NCBI GenBank assembly: GCA_039815945.1
Contig: JBCBYI010000003.1
Span: forward strand, 1-43,960
Length of the DNA stretch: 43,960 nt
DNA from: Actinomycetota bacterium
Lineage (GTDB): Bacteria > Actinomycetota > Acidimicrobiia > Acidimicrobiales > Aldehydirespiratoraceae
Direction: 5' to 3'
Position 1 is the first letter of the stretch; every line of letters starts with the position of its first letter. Of the stretch, positions 19,246 to 29,661 are shown piece by piece. Made by a program: the position numbers and the translations under genes. The notes under the pieces were generated by a model. The model searched no databases and had not been told where the DNA came from. It worked only from the letters and a program-made list of their open reading frames with translations.

Positions 19246-19764
19246 TCAGTCGATGCGGCGCAACTCGGTGCGGAACTGGGCGCCGCGGGTGACGTAGGCG
19301 TCGACGTTCATACGGGCGTGGAACTCGTCGAGCACGCCCTCGCGGATCTTTGCCGGCACGCCGAGCGCCATCGAGCACCGCGGGACCTCGACCCCGCCGG
19401 GCACCATCGCGGCGCCGCCCACGAGCGCGTGCTCGTGGATGATCGCATTGTGCAACACGATCGACCCGGAGCCGACGAGCGCCCAGTCGTGGACGATGCA
19501 GCCCTCGAGGTGGGCGAGGTGGCCGACGGTGACGTTGTCGCCGATCTTGGTCGGGGTGAACGCCGTGGTGTGAATCACCGCACCGTCCTGGATCGACGTG
19601 TTCTCGCCGATGGTGATCGGCCCGTCGTCGCCGCGGATCACGGCCTGGGGCCACACCGACGAGCCGGCGCCGAGCGTGACGTTGCCGATGACCGTCGCGT
19701 CGGGATGCACGTAGGCGGTCTCGTGGATCTCCGGAACCAGATCGCCGAGCGCGTAGACCGCCAT
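19246..19764 (-). CDS. Gamma carbonic anhydrase family protein
   Basis: Hexapeptide repeats, VIRGD, SIQDG.VIH and VTVGH.AHLEGC motifs. Confidence 0.92.
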   Translation of the reverse strand: MAVYALGDLVPEIHETAYVHPDATVIGNVTLGAGSSVWPQAVIRGDDGPITIGENTSIQDGAVIHTTAFTPTKIGDNVTVGHLAHLEGCIVHDWALVGSGSIVLHNAIIHEHALVGGAAMVPGGVEVPRCSMALGVPAKIREGVLDEFHARMNVDAYVTRGAQFRTELRRID

Positions 19765-20243
19765 CAGATCGCCTCGTACTTGCCGTAGCCGCCCTGGAAG
19801 AACAGGAGTGGCCCCTGCTCGCCGGTGACCTCGAGTTCCTTGACGAGGCCGACGACGATGTCGTGATCGCCGCCGTCGTGGATGGCGTGGATCTCACAAT
19901 CGATGTAGCCGACGACGTCGGGCAGGACCGGAGCGCCGGTCGCGGCCGTGGTCCAGTCGATGCCGGCGAAGCGGTCGTCGGAGGGCATGGCGAACAGACC
20001 GCACGTGTCCTTTTGGTCCTCGCCGAGGATGTTGGCGCAGAAGGCGCCGGTCTCCTTGATCGCTTGCCAGGTGCCCGAGGTCGTGCCGGGGCAGAACATC
20101 ACGAGCGGCGGGTCGAGCGACACGCTGGCGAACGACCCGATCGCCATACCGGCCGGCCCGTCGTCGGTCGCACCGGTCACGACGGTGACACCGGTCGGGA
20201 AGTGTCCGAGCACCCTGCGGAAGTCGGCCGGATCGATCGTCAT
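19764..20243 (-). CDS. Flavin reductase family protein
   Basis: FRRVLGHFPTGVTVVT, SVSLDPPLV, GGDH and PLLFFQGGY motifs. GAGGT RBS precedes ATG 20243. Confidence 0.92.
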   Translation of the reverse strand: MTIDPADFRRVLGHFPTGVTVVTGATDDGPAGMAIGSFASVSLDPPLVMFCPGTTSGTWQAIKETGAFCANILGEDQKDTCGLFAMPSDDRFAGIDWTTAATGAPVLPDVVGYIDCEIHAIHDGGDHDIVVGLVKELEVTGEQGPLLFFQGGYGKYEAI

Positions 20244-20367
20244 TGCACACCTCGCTGCGGGCCCTCGAGCCCTCGTCTTGACCAGGCGTACGGTAGCGCC
20301 TGTGACCATGAGCACCGTGGCGCCGGTGACGGGTCCGGGCCTGGCGCAGCGCGTGGCCCGAACGTGG

Positions 20368-21246
<879 letters not shown>

Positions 21247-21337
21247 GGAGAGACAACGGTAGTGAAGACGTGTCCCTCAGGTGAAGCGCGTGTGACGCAT
21301 ATCTCACGAACGCGTCCGGTGTGCGACGATGCACGCC

Positions 21338-22789
21338 ATGGCCGACACCACCACCGCCAAGCCGCCGTTGCCCGACGGCCTCGTCGCAATCGTGAAGGAG
21401 GACTGCCCGACCTGTGTGCTCGTCGCACCGGTGCTGGCCGACCTCGCCGATCGAGCGTCGTTGACCGCGATCACCCAGGACAACGCGTCGTTCCCCCAGC
21501 CCGCCGAGTGGGTCGTGCACGACCACGACCTCGCGCTGTCGTGGCACCACGACATCGAGACGGTGCCGACCCTGTTGCGAGTCGTCGACGGCGAACCGAC
21601 CGAACGCCTCGAGGGCTGGAAGCGCGACGACTGGGAGGCGTTTACCGGCGTCGACGCACTCGGCACCGAACTCCCGGACTGGCGGCCCGGATGCGGCTCG
21701 CTGAGCGTCGACCCCAACCGGGCCGACGAGCTCGCGGTGCGCTTCTCCGGTTCGGCGATGAGCAGCCGCCGGATCGAGATCGCCGCCCTCGAAGACGAGT
21801 GGGAAGCGATGTATGACCGCGACTGGTCCGACGGGCTGCCCGTCGTTCCGCCCACCGAAGCTCGGGTCCTGCGGATGCTCGAGGGCACGACCCGCGACCC
21901 CGACGAGGTGGTGGCCGTCGTTCCGCCCGATCTGGTCGACGTCACGGTCGAGAAGATCGCGATCAATGCGGTGATGGCCGGGTGCAAGCCCGAGTACCTG
22001 CCGGTGGTGATCGCCGCGGTCGAGGCGATCTGCACCGACGACTTCAACATGCACGGCGTGCTCGCCACGACGATGGACGTCGGCCCAGTGATCATCGTCA
22101 ACGGCCCGATCCGCCACGAGATCGGGATGAACTCGGGCGGCAACGTGCTCGGCCAGGGCAACCGGGCCAACTCGACGATCGGCCGGGCGGTGCAGTTGGT
22201 CGTGCGCAACATCGGCGGCGGCAAGCCCGGCGGGGTCGACCGTTCGGCCCACGGCAGCCCCCACAAGATCGGACTCGCGTTCGCGGAGGATGAAGAGGGT
22301 TCGCCGTGGAGCTCGCTGGCCGAGAGCCGCGGCTTCAGCTCGGATCAGTCGACCGTCACCGTGTGGTGTGGCGGTGGCCCGCAGGTGTTCGTCGACCAGA
22401 TCTCGCGCACCCCCGAATCGCTCACCAAACACTTCGCGGCGTACCTCAAGACCAACCTCACGCCCCGCATGGTGATGATGGAGACGGTGCTCGTGCTCGG
22501 GCCCGAACACATGTCGCGCTACCGCGACGCCGGATGGGATCGGGCCCGGTTCCTGTCGGAGCTCGAATCGCATCTGCAGCTCGACACCGACGACCTCGTC
22601 CGCGGTGCCGATGGGATCGACGAAGGCCTTCCCGAGGCGTGGGCCGGCAACCAGGTCGGCAAGTTCTGGCCTGGCGGCATCCATGTCGTGCATGCGGGCG
22701 GCGCGACCGGATTGTTCTCGATGGCCTTCGGTGGCTGGGTTCCGCCGCCGAAGGGTAGTGTCTGCACGACGAAGGAGATCATCCGATGA
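21338..22789 (+). CDS. Thioredoxin-like (CPTC) domain fused to a conserved domain associated with UGSC-type genes
   Basis: N-terminal KEDCPTC..VPT thioredoxin features, PGCGS, then WSDGLPVVPPT, AINAVMAGC and G.RANSTIGRA. Stop overlaps the next ATG (ATGA). Confidence 0.85.
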   Translation: MADTTTAKPPLPDGLVAIVKEDCPTCVLVAPVLADLADRASLTAITQDNASFPQPAEWVVHDHDLALSWHHDIETVPTLLRVVDGEPTERLEGWKRDDWEAFTGVDALGTELPDWRPGCGSLSVDPNRADELAVRFSGSAMSSRRIEIAALEDEWEAMYDRDWSDGLPVVPPTEARVLRMLEGTTRDPDEVVAVVPPDLVDVTVEKIAINAVMAGCKPEYLPVVIAAVEAICTDDFNMHGVLATTMDVGPVIIVNGPIRHEIGMNSGGNVLGQGNRANSTIGRAVQLVVRNIGGGKPGGVDRSAHGSPHKIGLAFAEDEEGSPWSSLAESRGFSSDQSTVTVWCGGGPQVFVDQISRTPESLTKHFAAYLKTNLTPRMVMMETVLVLGPEHMSRYRDAGWDRARFLSELESHLQLDTDDLVRGADGIDEGLPEAWAGNQVGKFWPGGIHVVHAGGATGLFSMAFGGWVPPPKGSVCTTKEIIR

Positions 22790-23307
22790 GCACCGTCCTC
22801 GATCCGACCAGCGAGTCCCGACCGGAGCAGCGCGAGCTCGTGGCGCGGCCCGAATCGCTCGACGGCCTCACCATCGGACTTCTCGACATCTCCAAGCCGC
22901 GCGGTGACGTCTTCCTCGATCGACTCGAGGAGAAGCTCACCGGGCTCGGCGCGTCGGTCAACCGCTACATGAAGCCGACCTTCGCCAAGCCGGCCCCGGT
23001 CGACATGCGCCACGAGATCGCCACGTCGTGCGACGCGGTGATCGAAGCGCTCGCTGATTGAGGCAGCTGTACGACGTGCAGTGTGCACGACATCAGCGAC
23101 CTTGAACGACGCGGCATTCCCGGGGTCTTCGTGGCCTCGGAGGGCTTCATCGACGCCGCCGAGACCCAGGCGTCCGCGCTCGGTCACCCGACCGCTCGGG
23201 TCTTCACCCCCCATCCGATCCAGGACCGTACCGACGACGAGATGCGAGAGATCGCCGACGCCGCCGTCGAGGCCCTGATCGCTCGGATCACCGGCCCCCA
23301 GGACTGA
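22786..23307 (+). CDS. UGSC-motif selenoprotein (Sec at TGA 23059-23061), 173 aa by readthrough
   Basis: Track ORFs 22786-23061 and 23083-23307 are in the same frame, separated by one TGA: EALAD-U-GSCTTCSVHD. A SECIS-like hairpin follows. Confidence 0.85.
23066..23097 (+). promoter_or_regulatory. Putative bacterial SECIS element
   Basis: Upper stem CGTGCA (23075-80) / TGCACG (23084-89) closes a GUG loop that starts 19 nt after the UGA. Lower stem GCTG (23066-69) / CAGC (23094-97). Confidence 0.65.
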
Positions 23308-23310
23308 GTC

Positions 23311-24177
23311 TCAGGGCAGCCGGAGCGACTCGCCGTCCTCGACGGCGAGTCCGTCGCGCACGAGCCCGGCGACGATCATCTCGACCCGAACCCTGTCGGG
23401 CTCGTCGACGACGACCGCGACCGTGGAGCGCTCGACCGGGCCCGAGCGCAGGGCGTCGACGAGTCGGCCTCGCAGCTGGCGATCGCTCCCCTCGAACCGG
23501 GCCTGCGGCGTCGACACCGCGGCGGAGCCGACGGCCGGGTCGTCGCCGACGCCTCGCCAGCCACACCATCGGTGAACCGGACACTCGGCGCAGGCCGGCG
23601 AGCGCTTGGTGCACACGAGCGCCCCGAGCTCCATGATCGACTGGTTCCAGTGCCACGGCTGGTCGTCGGGGGCCAGCGCGTCGGCGCGAGCCTGCGCCTG
23701 CTTGGGCGTGAGCCGCTCGCCGTCCCAACGGGCGAGGACGCGCCCGATGTTGGTGTCGACGACGGCGGCCGGGAGCTCGTGGGCGAAGGCCCGCACGGCC
23801 CGCGCCGTGTAGGGCCCGACCCCGGGGAGCGCGAGCAGGTCGCCGAGCCGCTCCGGCAGCCGACCTCCGTGCCGCTCGACCATCGCCGCCGCGGCACGAT
23901 GGAGATTGAGCGGCCGCCGGTTGTAGCCCAGACCCGCCCACTCCTCCACCACGTCGCCCGCCGGTGCCGCGGCACAGTCGGCGGGTGTCGGAAATCGCTC
24001 GAGGAACCGGGGCAACCGGTCGACGACCCGGGCCACCTGTGTCTGTTGAAGCATGGTCTCCGACACCAGGATCGCCCATGGGTCGCGGGTGCGGCGCCAG
24101 GGCAGATCGCGCAGCGAACGCTCGCCCCAGCCGAGCACGGCACGGCGGCGTTCGGCGTCGTGCGGCGTGGTCGACAT
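23311..24177 (-). CDS. mutY: A/G-specific adenine glycosylase MutY (short form)
   Basis: RDLPWR, VSE.MLQQTQV, WAGLGY.RR, HhH LPGVGPYTA, VDTN and the Fe-S motif C-x6-C-x2-C-x5-C. Confidence 0.92.
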   Translation of the reverse strand: MSTTPHDAERRRAVLGWGERSLRDLPWRRTRDPWAILVSETMLQQTQVARVVDRLPRFLERFPTPADCAAAPAGDVVEEWAGLGYNRRPLNLHRAAAAMVERHGGRLPERLGDLLALPGVGPYTARAVRAFAHELPAAVVDTNIGRVLARWDGERLTPKQAQARADALAPDDQPWHWNQSIMELGALVCTKRSPACAECPVHRWCGWRGVGDDPAVGSAAVSTPQARFEGSDRQLRGRLVDALRSGPVERSTVAVVVDEPDRVRVEMIVAGLVRDGLAVEDGESLRLP

Positions 24178-24266
24178 GGCCGCCGACTGTAGGCAACTCG
24201 GCCCCTCCGACCCTCATGCGAACCCCCTTCGGCGCCGATGGATCGTGGAGGACGGGTAGGCGGATC

Positions 24267-26807
24267 ATGCACACCGACAACAGCAACGGCCTCTCGGCGG
24301 AGGTCTGGCGAACCTTCTTCGACACGCGTGCGCTCGGATTGATCGTGCTCGCCGTTGCGGTGCTGACGCCTGCGGTGCCCGTCGACCCCCGCGTCGCCCT
24401 CTTCGCTGTGCTCCTCGGCCTTCCGGCGACGGTGCTCTTGCGCAGCCGGATCGCCGACATCGTGCCCCGGCCGTGGATCGTCACCATCGTCGACGCGGTG
24501 CTCATCTGCGTCGCGATCTCGATCGATCCCGTCATCGCGCCGGCCGGCGGTGTGCTGTTGCTGGCGTCGGGCAGCATCACCGCAGCCGCCGGATGGCGCC
24601 CGACCGTGCTTGCCAATCTGGCGACGGCGCCGATCGTGTTCGTCGCGTTGGCGCGCTCTGCGCCCGACTCCACCGTGATGATCCTCCTTCCGTACCTCGT
24701 GTGTTCGGTGGGGGTGGCCATCTTCGTGTCCGACATCGCGTCGTCGGAGCGCGACGCCCGCCTCGATCGAGAGGCCCTGATCGACGGGCTGGACGCCGTC
24801 GTCTGGGAGGCACGCCCGTACCCGTTCGTCGAAGCCCGGTTCTCGGGCCGACTGCACGACCTGCTCGGCGTCTCGCCCGAGGCCACCGCCGGGCCCGGCC
24901 AGTGGTTGTCCCGCCTGCCGGCGCTCGACCGGGCCCGAGTGGTGGCCGAATCCCAACGCCTGATCGACACGGGCGAGGATCACGAACTCTCGTACCGGGT
25001 GCTCAACAGCGACGGCGATCTGCGTCACGTCCGCGACCGGGTGCGGGTCGAGACGGGACCCGACGGTCGGCCGGTGGCCGCTCGCGGCATCGTCGTCGAC
25101 GTCACCGACGAGGTCAGCGTCCGCGAGACCAATCGCAACCTCGCCGAACTCGTCGAGCGGGTGCAGGTCGGCCTCCTCGTCGCCCGGCGCGACGCGGTCG
25201 TCGGCCCGCCGTCGTACACGACCGTGACGGTCAACCCCGCCTATGAAGCGTTGTCGGGGCTCCCGGCGACGGCGCTGATCAACACCGACGTGATCGACCC
25301 ACTGCGAGGCGACGGCCGCGAGGACGTGGCAGCTCTGCTCGACGAGGTCGCGACGACCGGCACCGTGCAGCGCATGGACGAGGCCCGCGACCTGCGAGCC
25401 GACGGCCGCCGGGTGTTGTCGCTCGAAGCGTTCCCGATCAGCGAGAACCTGGTCGGCCTCAACGTCGCCGACGTCACCGAGCGGGTCACGACCGCCGAGA
25501 CCTTGCGGTACCAGGCCCTCCACGATGCACTCACCGGTCTCCCCAATCGGGCCCTGCTGGAGAACCGCCTCCAGCACGCGATCACCTCCGCAAGCCGCGA
25601 CGACCGCTCGGTGGGTCTGCTGCTGCTCGACCTCAACCAGTTCAAGGAGGTCAACGACACGCTTGGCCACGACGCCGGCGATCGCCTCCTGCGCATCGTC
25701 GCCGATCGCCTGCGGACCTCGATGCGGGCGATCGACACCGTCGCCCGACTCGGGGGCGACGAGTTCGCGGTGCTCTTGACCGACGATGTCTCGCCGCGCC
25801 GCACCCTGCGCGCCGCGGAGCGGGCGATGGCCTGCTTCGAGCAGCCGTTGGCGATCGACGGCATGACACTGCAGACCGGCGCCAGTCTCGGCGTGGCCAT
25901 CGCCCCCGATCACGGCACCGACGCCGACGAACTTCGCAAGAACGCCGACATCGCGATGTACGTCGCCAAGCGCCGCGGCGGCGGCATCGCCGTCTACGAC
26001 CCTGTGCGTGACCAGACCGACCGTGAGCGGCTCAACATCGTGAGCGAGCTGCGGCGTGCGATCGACGGGGACGAACTCACGCTTCACTATCAGCCCGCGG
26101 TCGATCTCGCGAGCGGCGGCATCCACCGGGTCGAGGCCCTGGTGCGGTGGGAGCACCCCGATCGCGGGCTCATCCCGCCGGTCGAGTTCGTCGATCTCGC
26201 CGAGGTGACGGGGCTGATCCGTCCGCTGACCCAGTGGGTGATCGACCGGGCGATGGTCGATCTCGGCGCCCTCCAGGGCGCTGGACACGAACTCGGCGTC
26301 TCGATCAACGTGTCCGTGCGCAACCTCTACGAACCGGGATTCGTCGACAGTGTCCGGCTCGCGCTCGAGCGCCACGACATCGACGGCCGCTACATCACCC
26401 TCGAACTCACCGAGACCCAGGTGATGGACGATCCGATGCTCGCCCATTCGGTGCTCGGTCGCCTGCAGACCTTCGGGGTCCGCAGCTCGGTCGACGACTT
26501 CGGCACCGGCCACTCGTCGCTGTCGAATCTGCAGAGCCTGCCGGTGTCGGAGGTGAAGATCGACAAGTCGTTCGTGCAGGACATGACCGAGAACGAGGCC
26601 GCGGCGGCGATCGTGCGGTCGATCATCTCCCTGGGGCACAACCTCGGTCTGTCGGTCGTCGCCGAGGGCGTCGAGACGAACGAGGCGATGACGAGCCTCG
26701 CGCTTCTCGACTGTGATCGGGCCCAGGGCTACCTGTTCGCCCGCCCGCTCCCGGTCGGCGAACTGCAGCGCTTCCTCGAGTTCGCTCGACACGACGCCAC
26801 CCGCTGA
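24267..26807 (+). CDS. Membrane-bound PAS-GGDEF-EAL diguanylate cyclase/phosphodiesterase
   Basis: N-terminal TM helices, PAS-like segments, HDALTGLPNR, RAID I-site, GGDEF, EALVRW and DDFGTG motifs. Confidence 0.93.
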   Translation: MHTDNSNGLSAEVWRTFFDTRALGLIVLAVAVLTPAVPVDPRVALFAVLLGLPATVLLRSRIADIVPRPWIVTIVDAVLICVAISIDPVIAPAGGVLLLASGSITAAAGWRPTVLANLATAPIVFVALARSAPDSTVMILLPYLVCSVGVAIFVSDIASSERDARLDREALIDGLDAVVWEARPYPFVEARFSGRLHDLLGVSPEATAGPGQWLSRLPALDRARVVAESQRLIDTGEDHELSYRVLNSDGDLRHVRDRVRVETGPDGRPVAARGIVVDVTDEVSVRETNRNLAELVERVQVGLLVARRDAVVGPPSYTTVTVNPAYEALSGLPATALINTDVIDPLRGDGREDVAALLDEVATTGTVQRMDEARDLRADGRRVLSLEAFPISENLVGLNVADVTERVTTAETLRYQALHDALTGLPNRALLENRLQHAITSASRDDRSVGLLLLDLNQFKEVNDTLGHDAGDRLLRIVADRLRTSMRAIDTVARLGGDEFAVLLTDDVSPRRTLRAAERAMACFEQPLAIDGMTLQTGASLGVAIAPDHGTDADELRKNADIAMYVAKRRGGGIAVYDPVRDQTDRERLNIVSELRRAIDGDELTLHYQPAVDLASGGIHRVEALVRWEHPDRGLIPPVEFVDLAEVTGLIRPLTQWVIDRAMVDLGALQGAGHELGVSINVSVRNLYEPGFVDSVRLALERHDIDGRYITLELTETQVMDDPMLAHSVLGRLQTFGVRSSVDDFGTGHSSLSNLQSLPVSEVKIDKSFVQDMTENEAAAAIVRSIISLGHNLGLSVVAEGVETNEAMTSLALLDCDRAQGYLFARPLPVGELQRFLEFARHDATR

Positions 26808-26828
26808 CACGCCCTAACGTCGGCGGCC

Positions 26829-28403
26829 ATGAACGTGCCGACGCTGTCCGCCGCCACCGCCGCCGTCTCGACGATGGAGGCCGTCGTCGACGCCGCCCTC
26901 GCTCGGCTCGCGACCGTCGACGTCGACGAGCATCAGGTCGCCGCCTACGACATCGCCCACGGAGCCGCCGCGGTCACGTCGGCTCGCAACCTGTTGGTCT
27001 ACGGCGGGCACGGCGAGGCCGAGGAGCGGCTCACGGTCGCGTTCGTCGCCGACGTCGCCCACGATCTCGCCACCCGGGTGCTCGGGCGCGAGGCCGACTG
27101 GGGGGTCGAACGGGGCGCGCTCGACGACGTGCACGAGTTCATGGCCGCCGGGCGGGCCCCAGAGCTGCTCGCATCGCTCGTCGACGGCGCGCCGTCGCAT
27201 CTCGACGAGGACATGCAGCTGGCCGCCGACACGTTCCGGCGCTTCGCCGACGAGCAGATCGCACCGCGGGCCGAGCACGTGCACCGCACCAACGCGGACG
27301 TTCCCGAGGAGCTGATCGACGGCCTCGCCGAACTCGGCATCTTCGGCCTCTCGGCGCCGGTCGAGTACGGCGGCTTCGCCGAGGGCGGCATCAACGACTA
27401 CCTCGGCATGGTCGTCGCCACCGAAGAGCTCTCCCGCGGCTCGCTCGGCATCGGCGGCTCGCTCATCACCCGTCCCGAAATCCTCACCCGCGCCCTCGTC
27501 GCCGGCGGCACCGAGGAACAGAAGCAAAACTGGTTGCCCCGGCTCGCCTCGGGTGAGGTCATGGCCGCCGTCGCCGTGACCGAACCCGACTACGGCTCCG
27601 ACGTCGCCGGTATCCGCGTGACCGCGACCCCGACCGACGGTGGCTGGGTGATCAACGGCGTCAAGACGTGGTGTACCTTCGCCGGCCGGGCCGACGTGTT
27701 GATGGTGCTCGCCCGGAGCGAGCCCGGCACCATCGACCACAAGGGCCTGTCGGTCTTCATCGTCGAGAAGCCCCGCGGCGACGGCCACGGCTTCGAACAT
27801 GTCCAGGACGGCGGCGGCAAGATGACCGGCCGCGCCATCGACACGCTCGGCTACCGCGGCATGCACAGCTACGAGGTCGCGCTCGAGGACTGGTTCGTGC
27901 CCGCCGAGAACCTCATCGGCGAGGACGCCGGTCGGGGCCGGGGCTTCTACTACCAGATGCAGGGATTCGAGAACGGCCGGCTCCAGACCGCCGCCCGCGC
28001 CGTCGGCGTGATGCAGGCCGCGTACGAGGAGGCCGTCGCCTACGCGAGCGATCGCGTCGTGTTCGACCAGCCGATCGCCGAGTACCAGCTCACCCAGGCG
28101 AAGCTCGGCCGCATGGCCGTCGTGATCCAGGGCGCCCGCCAACTCAGCCTCCACGTGGCAGAACTCATGGCCAAGGGCGAGGGCATGCTCGAGGCCTCGA
28201 TGACGAAGGCCTACGTGTGTCGGGCCGCCGAGTGGGTCACGCGCGAGGCGATGCAGATCCACGGCGGCATGGGCTACGCCGAGGAGTACCCGGTGAGCCG
28301 CTACTTCGTCGACGCCCGCGTGCTGTCGATCTTCGAGGGCGCCGACGAGACGCTGGCGCTGAAGGTGATCATCCGTCGTCTGCTGGCGCAGCGTCAGAGC
28401 TGA
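26829..28403 (+). CDS. Acyl-CoA dehydrogenase with N-terminal extension (methylsuccinyl-CoA dehydrogenase-like)
   Basis: EELSRG, TEPDYGSD, GYRGM, RLQTAARAVG, QIHGGMGY and IFEG motifs, plus about 125 extra N-terminal residues. Confidence 0.9.
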   Translation: MNVPTLSAATAAVSTMEAVVDAALARLATVDVDEHQVAAYDIAHGAAAVTSARNLLVYGGHGEAEERLTVAFVADVAHDLATRVLGREADWGVERGALDDVHEFMAAGRAPELLASLVDGAPSHLDEDMQLAADTFRRFADEQIAPRAEHVHRTNADVPEELIDGLAELGIFGLSAPVEYGGFAEGGINDYLGMVVATEELSRGSLGIGGSLITRPEILTRALVAGGTEEQKQNWLPRLASGEVMAAVAVTEPDYGSDVAGIRVTATPTDGGWVINGVKTWCTFAGRADVLMVLARSEPGTIDHKGLSVFIVEKPRGDGHGFEHVQDGGGKMTGRAIDTLGYRGMHSYEVALEDWFVPAENLIGEDAGRGRGFYYQMQGFENGRLQTAARAVGVMQAAYEEAVAYASDRVVFDQPIAEYQLTQAKLGRMAVVIQGARQLSLHVAELMAKGEGMLEASMTKAYVCRAAEWVTREAMQIHGGMGYAEEYPVSRYFVDARVLSIFEGADETLALKVIIRRLLAQRQS

Positions 28404-29661
28404 CGACGTCGTCCACGACGACCGACGGCTCGCCCGGGGCGAGCCCCAAGCCGATCGTGAGGCCGTCGGCCTCGCCGAGGCGGCTGCTCACGACATCGAG
28501 GGTGCGGTCGAAGGTGACGCCCATCTGCCGGTTGGTGGCATCGGGGAGGTCGGTCCGATCCGGATCGGCGACCCGGATCCGGTAGCCATCGCCCCGGTCG
28601 ACCCATGTCGGGATGTAGTGCACGCCGACCGCCTCGATCCGGCCGGCGTCGTTCTCGAGCAACTCGACCGTGGCGATCATGCCGTCCTGGCTCGCGGCGA
28701 CACAGCAGTTGGCCGACTGGTTCGACAAGAAGTTGCCGAGCCCGAACACCACCCACTCGTCGCCGACCTTGTCGACGGGCTGCACGACGTGGGCGTGGTG
28801 CCCGATGATCAGGTCGACATACTCGGTCGGCAGGGTGGCATCGAGCCACTCGTTCTGCGACGAGATCGGTTCGTGGCGGTATTCGGCGCCCCAGTGCATC
28901 GACACGATCACGAACTCGGCGCCCGCCTCCTTGGCGATGCGGGCCTCCTGCAGGATCGCCTCCGGCTCGATCAGATCGACGAGGTACTGCCGATCCGCTG
29001 GCATCACGAACCCGTTGAGCGAGTACGTCGCCGAGATGTGGGCGATCGTGATGTCGTTGACCTCGTAGAGCACGGGGGCGAGATCTTCTTCGACGCTGGC
29101 GGCCTGACCGGCGTAGGGCAGGCCGATCTCCTGGAGCACGGTGATGGTGTCGAGCGCACCCCGGGCGCCACGGTCGTAACTGTGGTTCGAGGCGAGCGAG
29201 CAACCGTCGTAGCCGACGTCGAGGGCGGCCTGGGCGAAGGCCCTCGGTGCGCTGAACAGCGGGTAACCCGACAGGTTGGTGTCGTCGATGGAGATCGGCG
29301 TTTCGAGATGACAGATGGCGAGATCGGCGCCCTCGATGATGGGCCGCACCTCGTCGTAGAGCGGGGCGAAATCCCACCCCTCATCGACGAAGGCGGTGCC
29401 GGCCCGCTGCACCGAGCCGTGGGGCAACAGATCGCCGGTGAACGCGAGGCGGGCGGTGCGCGGTGGCGGCAGCGTCGTGGTCGTCGTCGTGGTGGTCGTG
29501 GTCGTCGACGTGGTGGTGGAGGAAGACGTGGTCGTCGCGACCTCGGCCGCGACCTCGACGTCGGTGCCGGTCTCGGGATCGTCGTTGGTGGCGTTGAACA
29601 CCGCCATCCCGGCGTAGAAGAGCACAGCTGCGCCCAGTACCGCTGCGACGCGCTGGATCAC
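28369..29661 (-). CDS. CapA family (poly-gamma-glutamate synthesis-like) metallophosphoesterase
   Basis: TGDLL.H, CHLETP, SLASNHSYD, SMHWG.EY, GHHAHV and GLGNF motifs; signal anchor and Thr-rich linker. GTG 29661 overlaps the upstream TGA. Confidence 0.9.
   Translation of the reverse strand: MIQRVAAVLGAAVLFYAGMAVFNATNDDPETGTDVEVAAEVATTTSSSTTTSTTTTTTTTTTTLPPPRTARLAFTGDLLPHGSVQRAGTAFVDEGWDFAPLYDEVRPIIEGADLAICHLETPISIDDTNLSGYPLFSAPRAFAQAALDVGYDGCSLASNHSYDRGARGALDTITVLQEIGLPYAGQAASVEEDLAPVLYEVNDITIAHISATYSLNGFVMPADRQYLVDLIEPEAILQEARIAKEAGAEFVIVSMHWGAEYRHEPISSQNEWLDATLPTEYVDLIIGHHAHVVQPVDKVGDEWVVFGLGNFLSNQSANCCVAASQDGMIATVELLENDAGRIEAVGVHYIPTWVDRGDGYRIRVADPDRTDLPDATNRQMGVTFDRTLDVVSSRLGEADGLTIGLGLAPGEPSVVVDDVVSSDAAPADDG

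Noticed and set aside
22786-23307. Two separate small genes or a nonsense pseudogene
   Set aside because: The stop is TGA in a UxxC context, coding-like sequence continues in frame, and a SECIS-like hairpin follows, so Sec readthrough is the better explanation.
23376-26810. 1144-aa antisense ORF, and similar long shadow ORFs (28618-30516, 19948-21816, 35493-37508, 36278-38173, 15533-17284)
   Set aside because: They mirror real genes on the opposite strand or in another frame. Stop-codon scarcity in high-GC DNA explains them, and they show no recognisable motifs.
29470-29540. GTC/GTG trinucleotide-like repeat
   Set aside because: It encodes the Thr/Ser linker of the CapA protein; a low-complexity coding segment, not a separate element.
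28369-29661. Poly-gamma-glutamate capsule locus
   Set aside because: No capB or capC synthetase genes are present, and stand-alone CapA-family phosphoesterases are common.
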